From Alphaproteobacteria bacterium (GTDB lineage Bacteria > Pseudomonadota > Alphaproteobacteria > SP197), in assembly GCA_965204785.1 (NCBI GenBank), contig OZ242015.1, positions 1,942,538 to 2,006,537 of the forward strand: DNA of 64,000 nt, in the 5' to 3' direction. A model generated the notes under the pieces. It had not been told where the DNA came from and made no database searches. It was given only the letters and a program-made list of their open reading frames with translations. The position numbers were made by a program, and so were the translations under genes. Below are positions 9,873-19,000 of the stretch, one piece after another (position 1 is the first letter of the stretch; the number at the start of each line of letters is the position of its first letter).

Positions 9873-10669
9873 CGTTCGCCTCCGAACTTCGAAATACGCG
9901 CGAACACCAAGAACGCCGTCATGGAAACGACGATCATGATGGTGGAGATGGCGTTGACCTCCGGCGTGAATCCCTTGCGGATCGCCGAGAAGATCTCCAC
10001 CGGCAGGACCGAGATACCCGGAGCCGCCAGGAAATAGGAAATGACGAACTGATCAAACGAGACGGCAAAGGCAAAAAGCGAGGCGGCCACGATGCCCGGC
10101 GCCATGACCGGCACGGAAACGCGCAGGAACGTCTGCAGCGGCGGCGCACCCAGGCTGGCCGCGGCTTCCTCAAGCTCGGGCCCGAAGCTCGCCAGCCGCG
10201 CGCCCACGACGATCACGACATAGGGGAGCGAGAGCGCGACGTGGCCCAGCAGCATGGCATGCAGGCCCCGCCCCACGCCGGTCCAGAAGAACAGCACCAG
10301 CATCGAAACGCCGATGATCAGCCAGGGGATCGTGATGGGCGGCAACAGCAGAAGCTGCATCAGGTTGCGCCCGCGGAAGCGGAAGCGTGCGAAGGCATAG
10401 GCCGCCATGGTGCCCAGCGTGGTCGCAATCACCGTGTTGACGAGCGCGAGCAGCACCGAATTGACGCTTGCCGTCAGCAGCCGTTCGTTGCTTGCGAGAT
10501 CGACATACCAGCGCGTCGAAAACGCGAACGGCAATTGGTAGTGCATGGAATCGTTGAAGCTCATCAGAGCCAGAACGAAGATAGGCACGTAAAGGAAGAA
10601 CAGCACCAGGAAGAGGAAAAACCTCCCGAAGCCGTCGCCCATGCGGCACAGGATGCGGTGCGTGTTCAT
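9869..10669 (-). CDS. ABC transporter permease (PotC-like).
   Basis: Six-TM permease; EAA-type loop 'EEAAASLGAPPLQTFLRVSVP'. Confidence 0.8.
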   Translation of the reverse strand: MNTHRILCRMGDGFGRFFLFLVLFFLYVPIFVLALMSFNDSMHYQLPFAFSTRWYVDLASNERLLTASVNSVLLALVNTVIATTLGTMAAYAFARFRFRGRNLMQLLLLPPITIPWLIIGVSMLVLFFWTGVGRGLHAMLLGHVALSLPYVVIVVGARLASFGPELEEAAASLGAPPLQTFLRVSVPVMAPGIVAASLFAFAVSFDQFVISYFLAAPGISVLPVEIFSAIRKGFTPEVNAISTIMIVVSMTAFLVFARISKFGGER

Positions 10670-11529
10670 GCGTTGCGCATGTGCCGTTTCAGCAAGGGCG
10701 AGGATACGCCCAGGATCACCAGCACGATGGCCAGCAGAATGAACGAAAGCGCGCCGCCCAGCGGCCAGTTGGAGACCACGGTGAACTGCTCCTCGATCAC
10801 CGTGCCGATCATTGCACCCTGCGTGCCACCCAGCAGCCTAGGCTCGAAGAAGGAACCTATCACCGGCACGAAGATAAGCACCGCACCGGCCGCAATGCCC
10901 GCAATGGAGAGCGGCAGAACGATGCGCCACAGAATGGTATGTGCCCGCGCGCCCAGGCTGCGCGCCGCCTCGATCACCGAGTCGTCGATCGCTTGGAGCG
11001 AGAGGTAGCAGGTCAGGATCATGTAGGGCAGATAGGAGTGGGTGAGACCGATGATGATGGCCGTATAGGAATCGGTGAGATCGATGGGCGGAATACCGGG
11101 CAGCACGAGATGTACCGCCTTGTCGAGAAACCCTTCGGGGCGCAGCACGATGGTCCAGGAGAAGATGCGCACCAGCGCGTTCGACCAGAACGGCAGGACG
11201 ACCAGAAGGAACAGCGCCTCGCGCCAGCGCCCCTTGATCCGTTTGGCCAGCACATAGGCCGCGGGAAAGCCGATCAGCAGGCACAGGGCCGTGGTGTGAA
11301 AGCCCATCTCCAGCGAACGCCAGGTCAGCGCCTGGAGATAGTCCTTGTCCAGGAACGCTTCGTAGTGTTTCAGCGTGAATTCGCTTGTGTGTTTGCCGAA
11401 CGGGCCCTTCTTCTGGAAGCTGAAGTAGAGCATGGCCGAAAGCGGCAGGAAGATCGTGACGGTAAGCCAGATATAGGCCGGCCCCGTCAGCCCCGCGACC
11501 GCCCAGCGCCGTCTGGCTTCAACCCGCAT
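10666..11529 (-). CDS. ABC transporter permease (PotB-like).
   Basis: Permease with 'IEAARSLGARAHTILWRIVLPLS' EAA motif. Confidence 0.8.
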   Translation of the reverse strand: MRVEARRRWAVAGLTGPAYIWLTVTIFLPLSAMLYFSFQKKGPFGKHTSEFTLKHYEAFLDKDYLQALTWRSLEMGFHTTALCLLIGFPAAYVLAKRIKGRWREALFLLVVLPFWSNALVRIFSWTIVLRPEGFLDKAVHLVLPGIPPIDLTDSYTAIIIGLTHSYLPYMILTCYLSLQAIDDSVIEAARSLGARAHTILWRIVLPLSIAGIAAGAVLIFVPVIGSFFEPRLLGGTQGAMIGTVIEEQFTVVSNWPLGGALSFILLAIVLVILGVSSPLLKRHMRNA

Positions 11530-11605
11530 GGTCCTGTTGGCCCCGATACGAAACGGGCCTCTCTCTCGAAGGGAGAAAGAGGCCCGATTTCACGAAAACG
11601 TCCGA

Positions 11606-12661
11606 TTACTCGGCGAAATACGCCTTGGTCTCGGTCCAGATCTCCAGGAAGGTCTCACGCTGCTCGTCGGTGAGCGGCGCCATGAACTGGAGGTTGGCCG
11701 TGGCCTCGGGATCGCCCATCACGGCACGGTTGAAGAAGTCTTCCGGCAGCTGGTTGATCGCCTCGTTGTTGGCCGATGCCGGCGCGCCGACTTCCATGTC
11801 CCAGCGCACGTAATGCTCGGGACTTACCATGTAGTCGATGAACTTCCGGGCGCCGTCCGGATTGGGCGCATCGGCCGCGATGGAAAGACCGTCGAGCCAG
11901 GCGATGGCGCCCTCCTGCGGGATCATGAAGCCGACCGGCATGTCGAACGACTTGGCGCTGCGCGAGGCCGAACCCGACCAATAGGTCGAAACGTCGAAGG
12001 TGTCGGCGGTGAACTCCTTGTTCCATTCGTCTTCGGACGACCAATAGGTGCGAACCTGAGGCTTCAAGGCACGCAGCTTCTCGCGGATGGCGTCGAGATC
12101 GTGAGGATTGTTCATGTCCTGGCCGGTTGCCAGAGCGGCGAACGAGACGTTCTCGACCGAGTCGTCACGCAGCCCGACATTGCCGGCGTACTTGGGATCC
12201 CACAGAATCTCTACCGTGTTGCCCGGTTCCACCTCGTTCATGTCATAGGCGATGGAGGTCAGGCCCCAGGTCCACGCAATTCCGTAGAGATTGCCTTCAT
12301 AAGTGAACTCCACCGCGTCGCGCAGTCCCGGAGAAAGATCATCGAAGTTGGAAATGGCCTGCGGATCAATGGGCTGGATCAGCCCTTCTTCGGCAGCCTG
12401 GCCGGTGAACGCGCTGTTGATCAGCACGACGTCATAAGCGCCGGGACTGGTACGCAGCTTGGTGAGCATTTCCTGCTCGGAATTGAAGTTGTCGTGAACC
12501 ACCGTATAGCCGGTGGCGGCTTCGAACGCCTCCAGGGCCCAGGGCTCATCCGTACCGTAGCCCTGCCAGTTCAGCACCCGCACTTCGCCATCAGCGGCCG
12601 CCTGTCCGGCCACCAAGGCCAGAGCCAGGGCAACCGAAGCCAACAATCCTGTCTTGCACAT
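11606..12661 (-). CDS. Periplasmic substrate-binding protein of the PotD/PotF family; start at internal ATG (12661) with signal peptide.
   Basis: 'MCKTGLLASVALALALVAGQAAADG' signal peptide, then PotD-fold conservation. The long upstream ORF extension is antisense overlap. Confidence 0.8.
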   Translation of the reverse strand: MCKTGLLASVALALALVAGQAAADGEVRVLNWQGYGTDEPWALEAFEAATGYTVVHDNFNSEQEMLTKLRTSPGAYDVVLINSAFTGQAAEEGLIQPIDPQAISNFDDLSPGLRDAVEFTYEGNLYGIAWTWGLTSIAYDMNEVEPGNTVEILWDPKYAGNVGLRDDSVENVSFAALATGQDMNNPHDLDAIREKLRALKPQVRTYWSSEDEWNKEFTADTFDVSTYWSGSASRSAKSFDMPVGFMIPQEGAIAWLDGLSIAADAPNPDGARKFIDYMVSPEHYVRWDMEVGAPASANNEAINQLPEDFFNRAVMGDPEATANLQFMAPLTDEQRETFLEIWTETKAYFAE

Positions 12662-12820
12662 GAAGTCTTCCCCCGATTTGTCGCAATCCGGGCCGACGTT
12701 CTGCTGCTGTCTCCCGGTTGCCGTAACGCTTGCATGCGTCAGGAAACGAGTCAACACGAACAGCGGTTTCCCACCGCTTCGCCGCGCCGTACCATGGCTG
12801 GAAATGCGGGAAAAACGACC

Positions 12821-13606
12821 ATGACAAACCAGATGGCGGAACTGAGCTGGACGGGGCTGGAGGAACGCATCGCGGGTGGCGCGGTCGTGCTGCTCCCGGT
12901 CGGCGCGAACGAAAGCCACGGACCCCACCTGCCGTTGGGCACCGACCGCATCTGTGCCTGCGGTTTCGCCAAGGAGGTCGCCGGACGCATCGATGCCGTC
13001 ATTGCACCGGAAATCCCCTGGGGCTTCCGTTCCCAGATCAGGACGGGCGGCGGCAGCCACTGGGTAGGCAACATCGGGCTTGATGCCGAGGTTCTGGTCG
13101 GTCTGGTGCGCGCGACGGTCCGCGAGGTGGCGATCAAGGGCATGACGAAGATCGCCATCGTCAACGGCCATTACGAGAACGTCTGGTTTATCACCGAAGG
13201 CTGCGAGCTGGCCGTGCGCGATCTCAATGCGCAGCCCGGCGGCGAGCTCGTCATCCAGACTGCCTCCTGGTGGGACATGGTGGGCGACGACGATCTCTCG
13301 GCCATCTTCCCCAACCCGCCCGAAAGCATCGAATACGAACACGGCGCGCTGCTGGAAACCTCGATCATGATGGCGATGCGCCCGGACCTCGTCGCCACCG
13401 ACAGGTTCCCCCGGCACGGCTTCAAGGTGTTCCCGCCCTACGACGTGTTTCCGCAGGACCCGGCACGCGCCAACGAGACCGGCTCGCTTGCCACCTCCAA
13501 CGGCGCCAACGCGGAAGCGGGCGCGCAACTCATTGCCCTGATCGCCGACCGCATGGCCGAACACATCCGCACCGAACTCAACGCCGACCCGGCCCGTGGC
13601 GCTTGA
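12821..13606 (+). CDS. Creatininase-family amidohydrolase (creatinine amidohydrolase-like). An alternative ATG lies at 12794.
   Basis: 'LLPVGANESHGPHLPLGTDRI' matches the creatininase metal-binding motif (VGSxEQHGPHLPLxTD). Confidence 0.8.
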   Translation: MTNQMAELSWTGLEERIAGGAVVLLPVGANESHGPHLPLGTDRICACGFAKEVAGRIDAVIAPEIPWGFRSQIRTGGGSHWVGNIGLDAEVLVGLVRATVREVAIKGMTKIAIVNGHYENVWFITEGCELAVRDLNAQPGGELVIQTASWWDMVGDDDLSAIFPNPPESIEYEHGALLETSIMMAMRPDLVATDRFPRHGFKVFPPYDVFPQDPARANETGSLATSNGANAEAGAQLIALIADRMAEHIRTELNADPARGA

Positions 13607-13855
13607 GGGTCTGCATGGCGTTGTCACCGGCACGGCATCCGAACCTGGGCGTGGCACACGGTCCGGTCGATATCGGCGCGACCCCGCGAGCGCACGTGCC
13701 ATGGTGGCCGACGTCGTCCGTTTACCTGCCCGACGACAGCGGCCGCTGGATCAGCGGCACCTCCCTCAACGTGACGGGCGGGCTGTGGCGGGGGCAACCG
13801 GGACTCCCAAAAATTCGGGAATTATATACGATCGTGCCCAAGATGGAGGTTTGAA

Positions 13856-13990
13856 ATGGCGCAGAAAGCACCCGGAAAATCGCACCGCAAGGGCATAAGT
13901 CCGAAGAAACTGTTTCAAATGTTCCCCGACGACGCAATCTCTGAGAATCCGATTGCACCTGACGGATTGCCCAGCGGAGCGCGGTCATGA
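13856..13990 (+). pseudogene. 44-aa remnant of an IS1595-family transposase N-terminus (Zn_Tnp_IS1595-like); ATGA overlap with the downstream methyltransferase start.
   Basis: 'MAQKAPGKSHRKGISPKKLFQMFPDDAI...' resembles the 'APGK.YRKGISL.ELF.MFPD' N-termini of IS1595-family transposases (from memory). Strong RBS GGAGG 7 nt upstream. Confidence 0.4.
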
Positions 13991-14622
13991 GCCACAACGA
14001 CGCCGCAACCGGTCTATCCAGATTTCTCGGTTCTCAAAAGTTCTCAACGGTCATGGCCGATCCGCCATGGCGCTTTACCAACCGAACCGGGAAGATGGCA
14101 CCAGAGCACAAGCGGCTTGCCAGATACCCGACCATGACGCTTGAAGACATTTGCGCCCTTCCAGTCGCCGACTTCATGGAAGATCGTGCGCATTGTTATC
14201 TTTGGGTACCGAATGCGCTTCTTCCCGAAGGGTTGCGGGTCATGTCCGAATGGGGCTTCACATACAAATCAAACATCATTTGGCACAAGATAAGGAAAGA
14301 TGGCGGATCGGACGGGAGGGGCGTCGGGTTCTATTTCCGCAACGTCACGGAAGTTCTTCTGTTCGGAATACGCGGCAAGAATGTCAGAACGCTTCAACCG
14401 GGGCGGCGGCAGATCAACCTGTTTGGGACGCGAAAGCGGGAACATTCTCGCAAGCCCGACGAACAATATGACATCATCGAGAGTTGCAGTTGGGGGCCAT
14501 ATCTGGAACTGTTCGGGCGTGGTCGCCGGGACAACTGGACGGTCTGGGGAAACCAGGCGTCCGACGATTACAAACCAACCTGGGACACGTACAAGTACAA
14601 TTCTGCGGTGGCGGCAGAATGA
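13987..14622 (+). CDS. MT-A70 family DNA methyltransferase (N6-adenine/N4-cytosine), the M subunit of a type II R-M pair.
   Basis: 'VMADPPWRF' DPPW catalytic motif near the N-terminus; 'GFYFRNVTEVLLFG' distal. Confidence 0.8.
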   Translation: MSHNDAATGLSRFLGSQKFSTVMADPPWRFTNRTGKMAPEHKRLARYPTMTLEDICALPVADFMEDRAHCYLWVPNALLPEGLRVMSEWGFTYKSNIIWHKIRKDGGSDGRGVGFYFRNVTEVLLFGIRGKNVRTLQPGRRQINLFGTRKREHSRKPDEQYDIIESCSWGPYLELFGRGRRDNWTVWGNQASDDYKPTWDTYKYNSAVAAE

Positions 14623-14628
14623 ACGCGC

Positions 14629-15327
14629 ATGTCTGACAGTGAGATAAATCTGTTTTCTGAAAACATCAAGCGGAAGTTTGAGATTCACAGCTACCGGAAC
14701 GCGGCGTCCATTCTGGCCAACAGCTTTCCTAACCGGTTCTCGCATGTGGTTGGCGCCTTGGAGAGGTTCGAGATCACCACGGAGATGATCAGGCGGCCCG
14801 GCGGCAGCAAAGGCGAAATCGCCCGATACGTGGACACGCTGTTCCCGTCACCAAATTGGATTGAAACCCGGATTTCCGCCGATCTGATGGTTCGACTCGA
14901 ACATGCGAAGCAAAGCGGACACATCCTTCATGAATATGTCAGAAAAGGGTTTTTGGATGGTCACAGGATAGATTTCGTTTCTGGAAAAGTCGCGCTTGAT
15001 CTAGAGTGGAACAGCAAAGATCAAACATACGATCGGGACTTGTATGCGTTTTCGGCCTTCTACGACGCTGGCGCAATAGACGTTGGAATCATACTGACAC
15101 GTGGTTCATCCTTGGATAATGCGTTCTTTCAGAGTCTCGGGAAGGTTCTAAACAAAGACGGAACCGAAGGCACCGAAGAAGTGTACAAGAAGTTTGGGGC
15201 ATCAACCACATGGATGGGGAAATTGCTTTACAGGCTTGAGGCCGGGCGCAACGGCGGTTGCCCTGTGCTGGCGATTGGAATCACACCTGAGTGTATTGGA
15301 GGAAAAAATGGAAAAACGGAAATCTGA
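14629..15327 (+). CDS. Putative type II restriction endonuclease, BamHI/BglII/BstYI fold.
   Basis: 'RIDFVSGKVALDLEWNSKD...AIDVGIILTRG' parallels the BglII 'IDFGKRDTLVEVQFSN...VAIIITKG' and BamHI D...ExE active-site architecture (from memory; inference). It sits immediately 3' of the MTase. Confidence 0.5.
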   Translation: MSDSEINLFSENIKRKFEIHSYRNAASILANSFPNRFSHVVGALERFEITTEMIRRPGGSKGEIARYVDTLFPSPNWIETRISADLMVRLEHAKQSGHILHEYVRKGFLDGHRIDFVSGKVALDLEWNSKDQTYDRDLYAFSAFYDAGAIDVGIILTRGSSLDNAFFQSLGKVLNKDGTEGTEEVYKKFGASTTWMGKLLYRLEAGRNGGCPVLAIGITPECIGGKNGKTEI

Positions 15328-15417
15328 TTATTACACGAAAGTCACGGACCGGGGATACCAGCCCAACAAGAGAGTCCATACGATTGGGCACTATCGTATG
15401 TAATTCCCGAATTCTTC

Positions 15418-15450
15418 CCGTCATGGCCCGGCTTGACCGGGCCATGACGG
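15418..15450. terminator. Perfect 14-bp-stem hairpin (CCGTCATGGCCCGG-cttga-CCGGGCCATGACGG) immediately outside the right TIR, between convergent genes. No U-tract.
   Basis: Read directly. Confidence 0.4.
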
Positions 15451-15480
15451 AGTAAGAGAGATGTACCTCCCCTTACATCA

Positions 15481-17532
15481 TTACATCACATGCACCAGCC
15501 GCAGGGCGTCGTAGATGGAGGCGTGGATGTTGCGGCTTTCGACGGCATCACCCAGGCGGAAGAGTTGGAAGGCGCCGTCGGGGTGGGCGCGGATCTCCTG
15601 GGGCCGGTTCTCGATCAGCGCGTCGTAATCGACCCCGCCGCGGTTCACGGACTCTTCCTTGAGTTCAAAGTAGAGTTCATCCAGCGGCAGGGTGGCGTGT
15701 TCCACGACGACCTGATCGACCAGGCGCTCGTCATGGGCCGTCCCGGAGAAATCGCTGTAGAGCGTGACCCTGAGTTTGTTGCCTTCCCGCGCGATGCCGC
15801 TGACGCGGCTGAGAATGGTGATCGTCACGCCATGGGTCTGGAAGAACTCGGCGTAGGGCGCGTGGGTGAGCGCGCCCAGTTCCGGGGCGAAGGTCCGCTC
15901 GGGCGAGACGATCTCCACCTTCGCGCCCTTGTCGACGGCAAGCCACGCGGCCTGCATGCCGGGCTGGTGGCCGTTGTCGTCGAACACCAGCACATCCTCG
16001 GCAGGCGCGACCTCGCCCGAGAGGATATCCCAGGAGCTCACGGCAAGATCCGCGCCCTCCTCCACGATGTCCTTGTTGGGCAAGCCGCCGGTGCAGACCA
16101 GCACGATATCGGGATCGAGCGCGCGCACGTCGTCGGCCGCGGCATAGGTGTTGAGCCGGAGGTCGATGCCGAGCTTTTCCAGACGCGCGACGCGCCAGTC
16201 GACGACGCCGATGATATCCCTGCGATTGGGCGTTCGTGCCGCCAGGCGCACCTGGCCACCGGGCTGATCGGAGGCTTCGAACACCGTCACATCGTGCCCG
16301 CGTTCTCCAGCGACCCGCGCCGCCTCGAGACCTGCGGGGCCCGCACCGACGATGACGAACTTCCGCTTTTCCCCTGCGTTGTCGGCGACGATCTGGGGCA
16401 TGGTCGCCTCGCGTCCCGTGGAGGGGTTGTGCACGCACAGCGCGCCGGTGCCCGCATAGACGCTTTCCAGGCAATAGGTCGCGCCCACGCAGGGCCGGAT
16501 TTCCTCCTCGCGCCCCTCACGCACCTTTTTCACGATATGGGGATCGGCAATGTGGGCGCGCGTCATGCCGACCATGTCGAGCTTGCCCTCGGCGATGGCG
16601 TGCCGGGCGGTGGCGATATCGGCGATCCTGTTGGCGTGGAACACGGGGAACTTCGTCTCGGCACGCACCTCGCCGGCAAAGTCGAGATGGGGTGAGGCCT
16701 TCATGCCCGCGACGGGAATGATGTCGGTCAGCGCGCGGTCATGATCGATATGGCCCTTGATGACATTCAAGAAATCGACCTTGCCCGTGGCGATGAAACG
16801 CCGGGCGATTTCCACGCCTTCGTCACGGCCATAGCCCTTTTGCCAGGCTTCGTCGCAGGACATGCGGATGCCGACGATGAAGTCAGGGCCCACGTTTTCG
16901 CGCACGCTGTCGAGCACGCGCAGGGCAAAACGCATGCGGTTCTCCAGGCTGCCGCCGTAGTTGTCGCTGCGCCTGTTGGTGGCGGGCGACCAGAACTGGT
17001 CCATGAGATGGCCGTAGGCCTCGAACTCGATGCCGTCCATGCCCGCCTCTTTCATGCGGGCAGCCGCCGTGCCGTAATCCTTCACGACACGTTCGATGTC
17101 CCAGTCCTCCATTTCCTTCGGGAAGGCGCGGTGGGCAGGCTCGCGCACCATGGAAGGCGCCAGGACGGGCAGCCAGTGTTCCTTGTTCCAGTTGGTGCGG
17201 CGGCCCAGGTGCGTGAGCTGGATCATCACTGCCGTGCCTTCGTCGTGGCAGAGATCGGTCAGACGTTTGAGGCCGGGGATCACCTCGTCCTTCCAGGCCT
17301 GCATGTTCATGAACGCCTGGGCCGAATCCCTGGCGACCACGGTGGACCCGGCGATCATCGTCATGGCGATGCCGCCCTTGGCCTTCTCGTGGTGGTAGCG
17401 GATGTAACGGTCGCCCGCGAGGCCGTCCTCGGTATAGCCCGGCTCATGCGCGGTCGACATGATGCGGTTCTTCAGCGTGAGATGTATGAGCCGATAAGGC
17501 TGCAGAAGGGGATCGCCGTCGGGATCGTACAT
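15481..17532 (-). CDS. NADH:flavin oxidoreductase of the TMADH/DgcA/StcD family (OYE-like FMN barrel, 4Fe-4S site and FAD/NAD(P) domain).
   Basis: Cys cluster 'CVGATYCLESVYAGTGALCVHNP'; 'FVIVGAGPAGLEAA' dinucleotide fold; 683 aa as in DgcA, histamine and trimethylamine dehydrogenases. Confidence 0.8.
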   Translation of the reverse strand: MYDPDGDPLLQPYRLIHLTLKNRIMSTAHEPGYTEDGLAGDRYIRYHHEKAKGGIAMTMIAGSTVVARDSAQAFMNMQAWKDEVIPGLKRLTDLCHDEGTAVMIQLTHLGRRTNWNKEHWLPVLAPSMVREPAHRAFPKEMEDWDIERVVKDYGTAAARMKEAGMDGIEFEAYGHLMDQFWSPATNRRSDNYGGSLENRMRFALRVLDSVRENVGPDFIVGIRMSCDEAWQKGYGRDEGVEIARRFIATGKVDFLNVIKGHIDHDRALTDIIPVAGMKASPHLDFAGEVRAETKFPVFHANRIADIATARHAIAEGKLDMVGMTRAHIADPHIVKKVREGREEEIRPCVGATYCLESVYAGTGALCVHNPSTGREATMPQIVADNAGEKRKFVIVGAGPAGLEAARVAGERGHDVTVFEASDQPGGQVRLAARTPNRRDIIGVVDWRVARLEKLGIDLRLNTYAAADDVRALDPDIVLVCTGGLPNKDIVEEGADLAVSSWDILSGEVAPAEDVLVFDDNGHQPGMQAAWLAVDKGAKVEIVSPERTFAPELGALTHAPYAEFFQTHGVTITILSRVSGIAREGNKLRVTLYSDFSGTAHDERLVDQVVVEHATLPLDELYFELKEESVNRGGVDYDALIENRPQEIRAHPDGAFQLFRLGDAVESRNIHASIYDALRLVHVM

Positions 17533-17658
17533 CGCCTGGTGTCCTCGTCATCGTCGTCACCGCAGGCTTGCGCGCCATGCCCGCGATTGCAAGACGCGGG
17601 TGATGTCTCACCGGGCATCCTGTGCTAGGAAACGGCCATCAGCGACCGGGGCGGCGTC

Positions 17659-18987
17659 ATGTCCGAAACCATCAACGTCGAAATTCTTCCCAGCGACGAC
17701 AACACCAACGGGTGGAGCCGCATCCTGCCCCCGCGCATGCCCAAACCGCCGCTTGAGGGCGGGGTGCGCGCCGACTGGGTCGTGCTGGGTGCCGGCTGGG
17801 CCGGGCTGGCGGCCGCGCGCCGTCTCTCCGAGAACCGGCCCGACGACAGCATCGTTCTGGTCGACGCCGGTCAGGCCGGCGAGAACGCGTCGGGGCGCAA
17901 CAGCGGCTTTGCCATCGATCTTCCCCACAACATCGGCAGTTCCATGGAGGAGCTGGAGGGCAGCCACCGCTTCATGGCCCTGGCGCGCGCGGCCATCGAG
18001 CATCTCGAGGGTGCGGTGGACGAGCACGGCATCGCGTGCAACTGGAGCCGATGCGGCAAGTATCACGCCTCGCATTCGGCGCGCGGCAGGGGAGAGGTGC
18101 TCGAACCCTTCGCCAAGGAGCTCGAAGCGCTGGGCGAACCGTTCCGCTGGCTCGACAAGGAGGAACTCCGCGCCGAGATCGGCACGCCCTATTACCACGC
18201 CGCCATCCATACGCCGGGCTGCGTCCTGATGAACCCCGCCGCCCTGTGCCGCGGCCTCGCCGACAGTCTGCCTTCCAACGTCACGCTCTATGAGAACACG
18301 CCGGTGACGCGCCTGGAGCAGGGCAACGGCATCACGCTCGCCACGCCCCGGGGCAGCATCTTCGCACCGCGCATGATATTGACGACCAACGGCTTTGCCG
18401 AACAGTTCGGGTATTTCACCAACCGCCTCATCCCCATCGCCGCCTATGCCAGCCTGACCCGACCGCTGAGCGCCGAGCAACGCGCCGCGCTGGGCGGCCA
18501 TGACGACTGGGGCCTCACACCGGCCAACGCCATCGCGGGCGTGACCATGCGTTTTACCCGGGACCACCGCATCCTGATCCGCCAGGGGTTCCAGTACAAA
18601 CCCGGCTTCCGGGTATCCGATGCCGACAGGACGCAGGCCCGCGTCCGGCACATGCAGTGCTTCCGCGAGCGCTTTCCCATGCTGCCCGACGTCACCTTCG
18701 ACCACACCTGGACCGGCATCATCTGCCTGTCGCGCAACGACGCACCGGGCTTCGGCAAGGTTGCTTCGAACGTCTGGGCCAGCGTGTGCCAGAACGCCGT
18801 GGGCGTGACCAAGGGCACGATCGGCGGCATTCTCGCGGTCGACATGGCCTGCGAGCGCGACAACGAACTGATGGGGTTCATGGAGTCCCTGGGCGTGCCC
18901 GACCTTCTGCCCCACAAGGCCCTTCTGAAGCTGAGCATGCCCGCCCGGATCGCGTGGGACGTCTGGTCGAACCGCCACGAAAAGTAA
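17659..18987 (+). CDS. FAD-dependent oxidoreductase (DAO family, PuuB/OrdL-like gamma-glutamyl-amine oxidase).
   Basis: 'WVVLGAGWAGLAAARRL' FAD-binding fold; DAO-family conservation. Confidence 0.8.
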   Translation: MSETINVEILPSDDNTNGWSRILPPRMPKPPLEGGVRADWVVLGAGWAGLAAARRLSENRPDDSIVLVDAGQAGENASGRNSGFAIDLPHNIGSSMEELEGSHRFMALARAAIEHLEGAVDEHGIACNWSRCGKYHASHSARGRGEVLEPFAKELEALGEPFRWLDKEELRAEIGTPYYHAAIHTPGCVLMNPAALCRGLADSLPSNVTLYENTPVTRLEQGNGITLATPRGSIFAPRMILTTNGFAEQFGYFTNRLIPIAAYASLTRPLSAEQRAALGGHDDWGLTPANAIAGVTMRFTRDHRILIRQGFQYKPGFRVSDADRTQARVRHMQCFRERFPMLPDVTFDHTWTGIICLSRNDAPGFGKVASNVWASVCQNAVGVTKGTIGGILAVDMACERDNELMGFMESLGVPDLLPHKALLKLSMPARIAWDVWSNRHEK

Positions 18988-19000
18988 GGACCGCCGGACC

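Larger units (their letters stand above)
13812..15413. mobile_element. 1.6-kb mobile-insertion-cassette-like unit bounded by 30-bp terminal inverted repeats (28/30 identical). Carries an IS1595-type transposase N-terminal remnant and a type II R-M gene pair; no intact transposase.
   Basis: Left AATTCGGGAATTATATACGATCGTGCCCAA (13812-13841) equals the reverse complement of 15384-15413 (AATTCGGGAATTACATACGATAGTGCCCAA). Interior is AT-richer than its flanks. Confidence 0.6.

Noticed and set aside
11528-12820. N-terminal ~430 codons of the 692-aa + strand ORF 11528..13606
   Set aside because: Antisense to the well-supported PotD-like gene and Arg/Gly-rich. Only the last 262 codons (creatininase) are real, so the start is moved to 12821.
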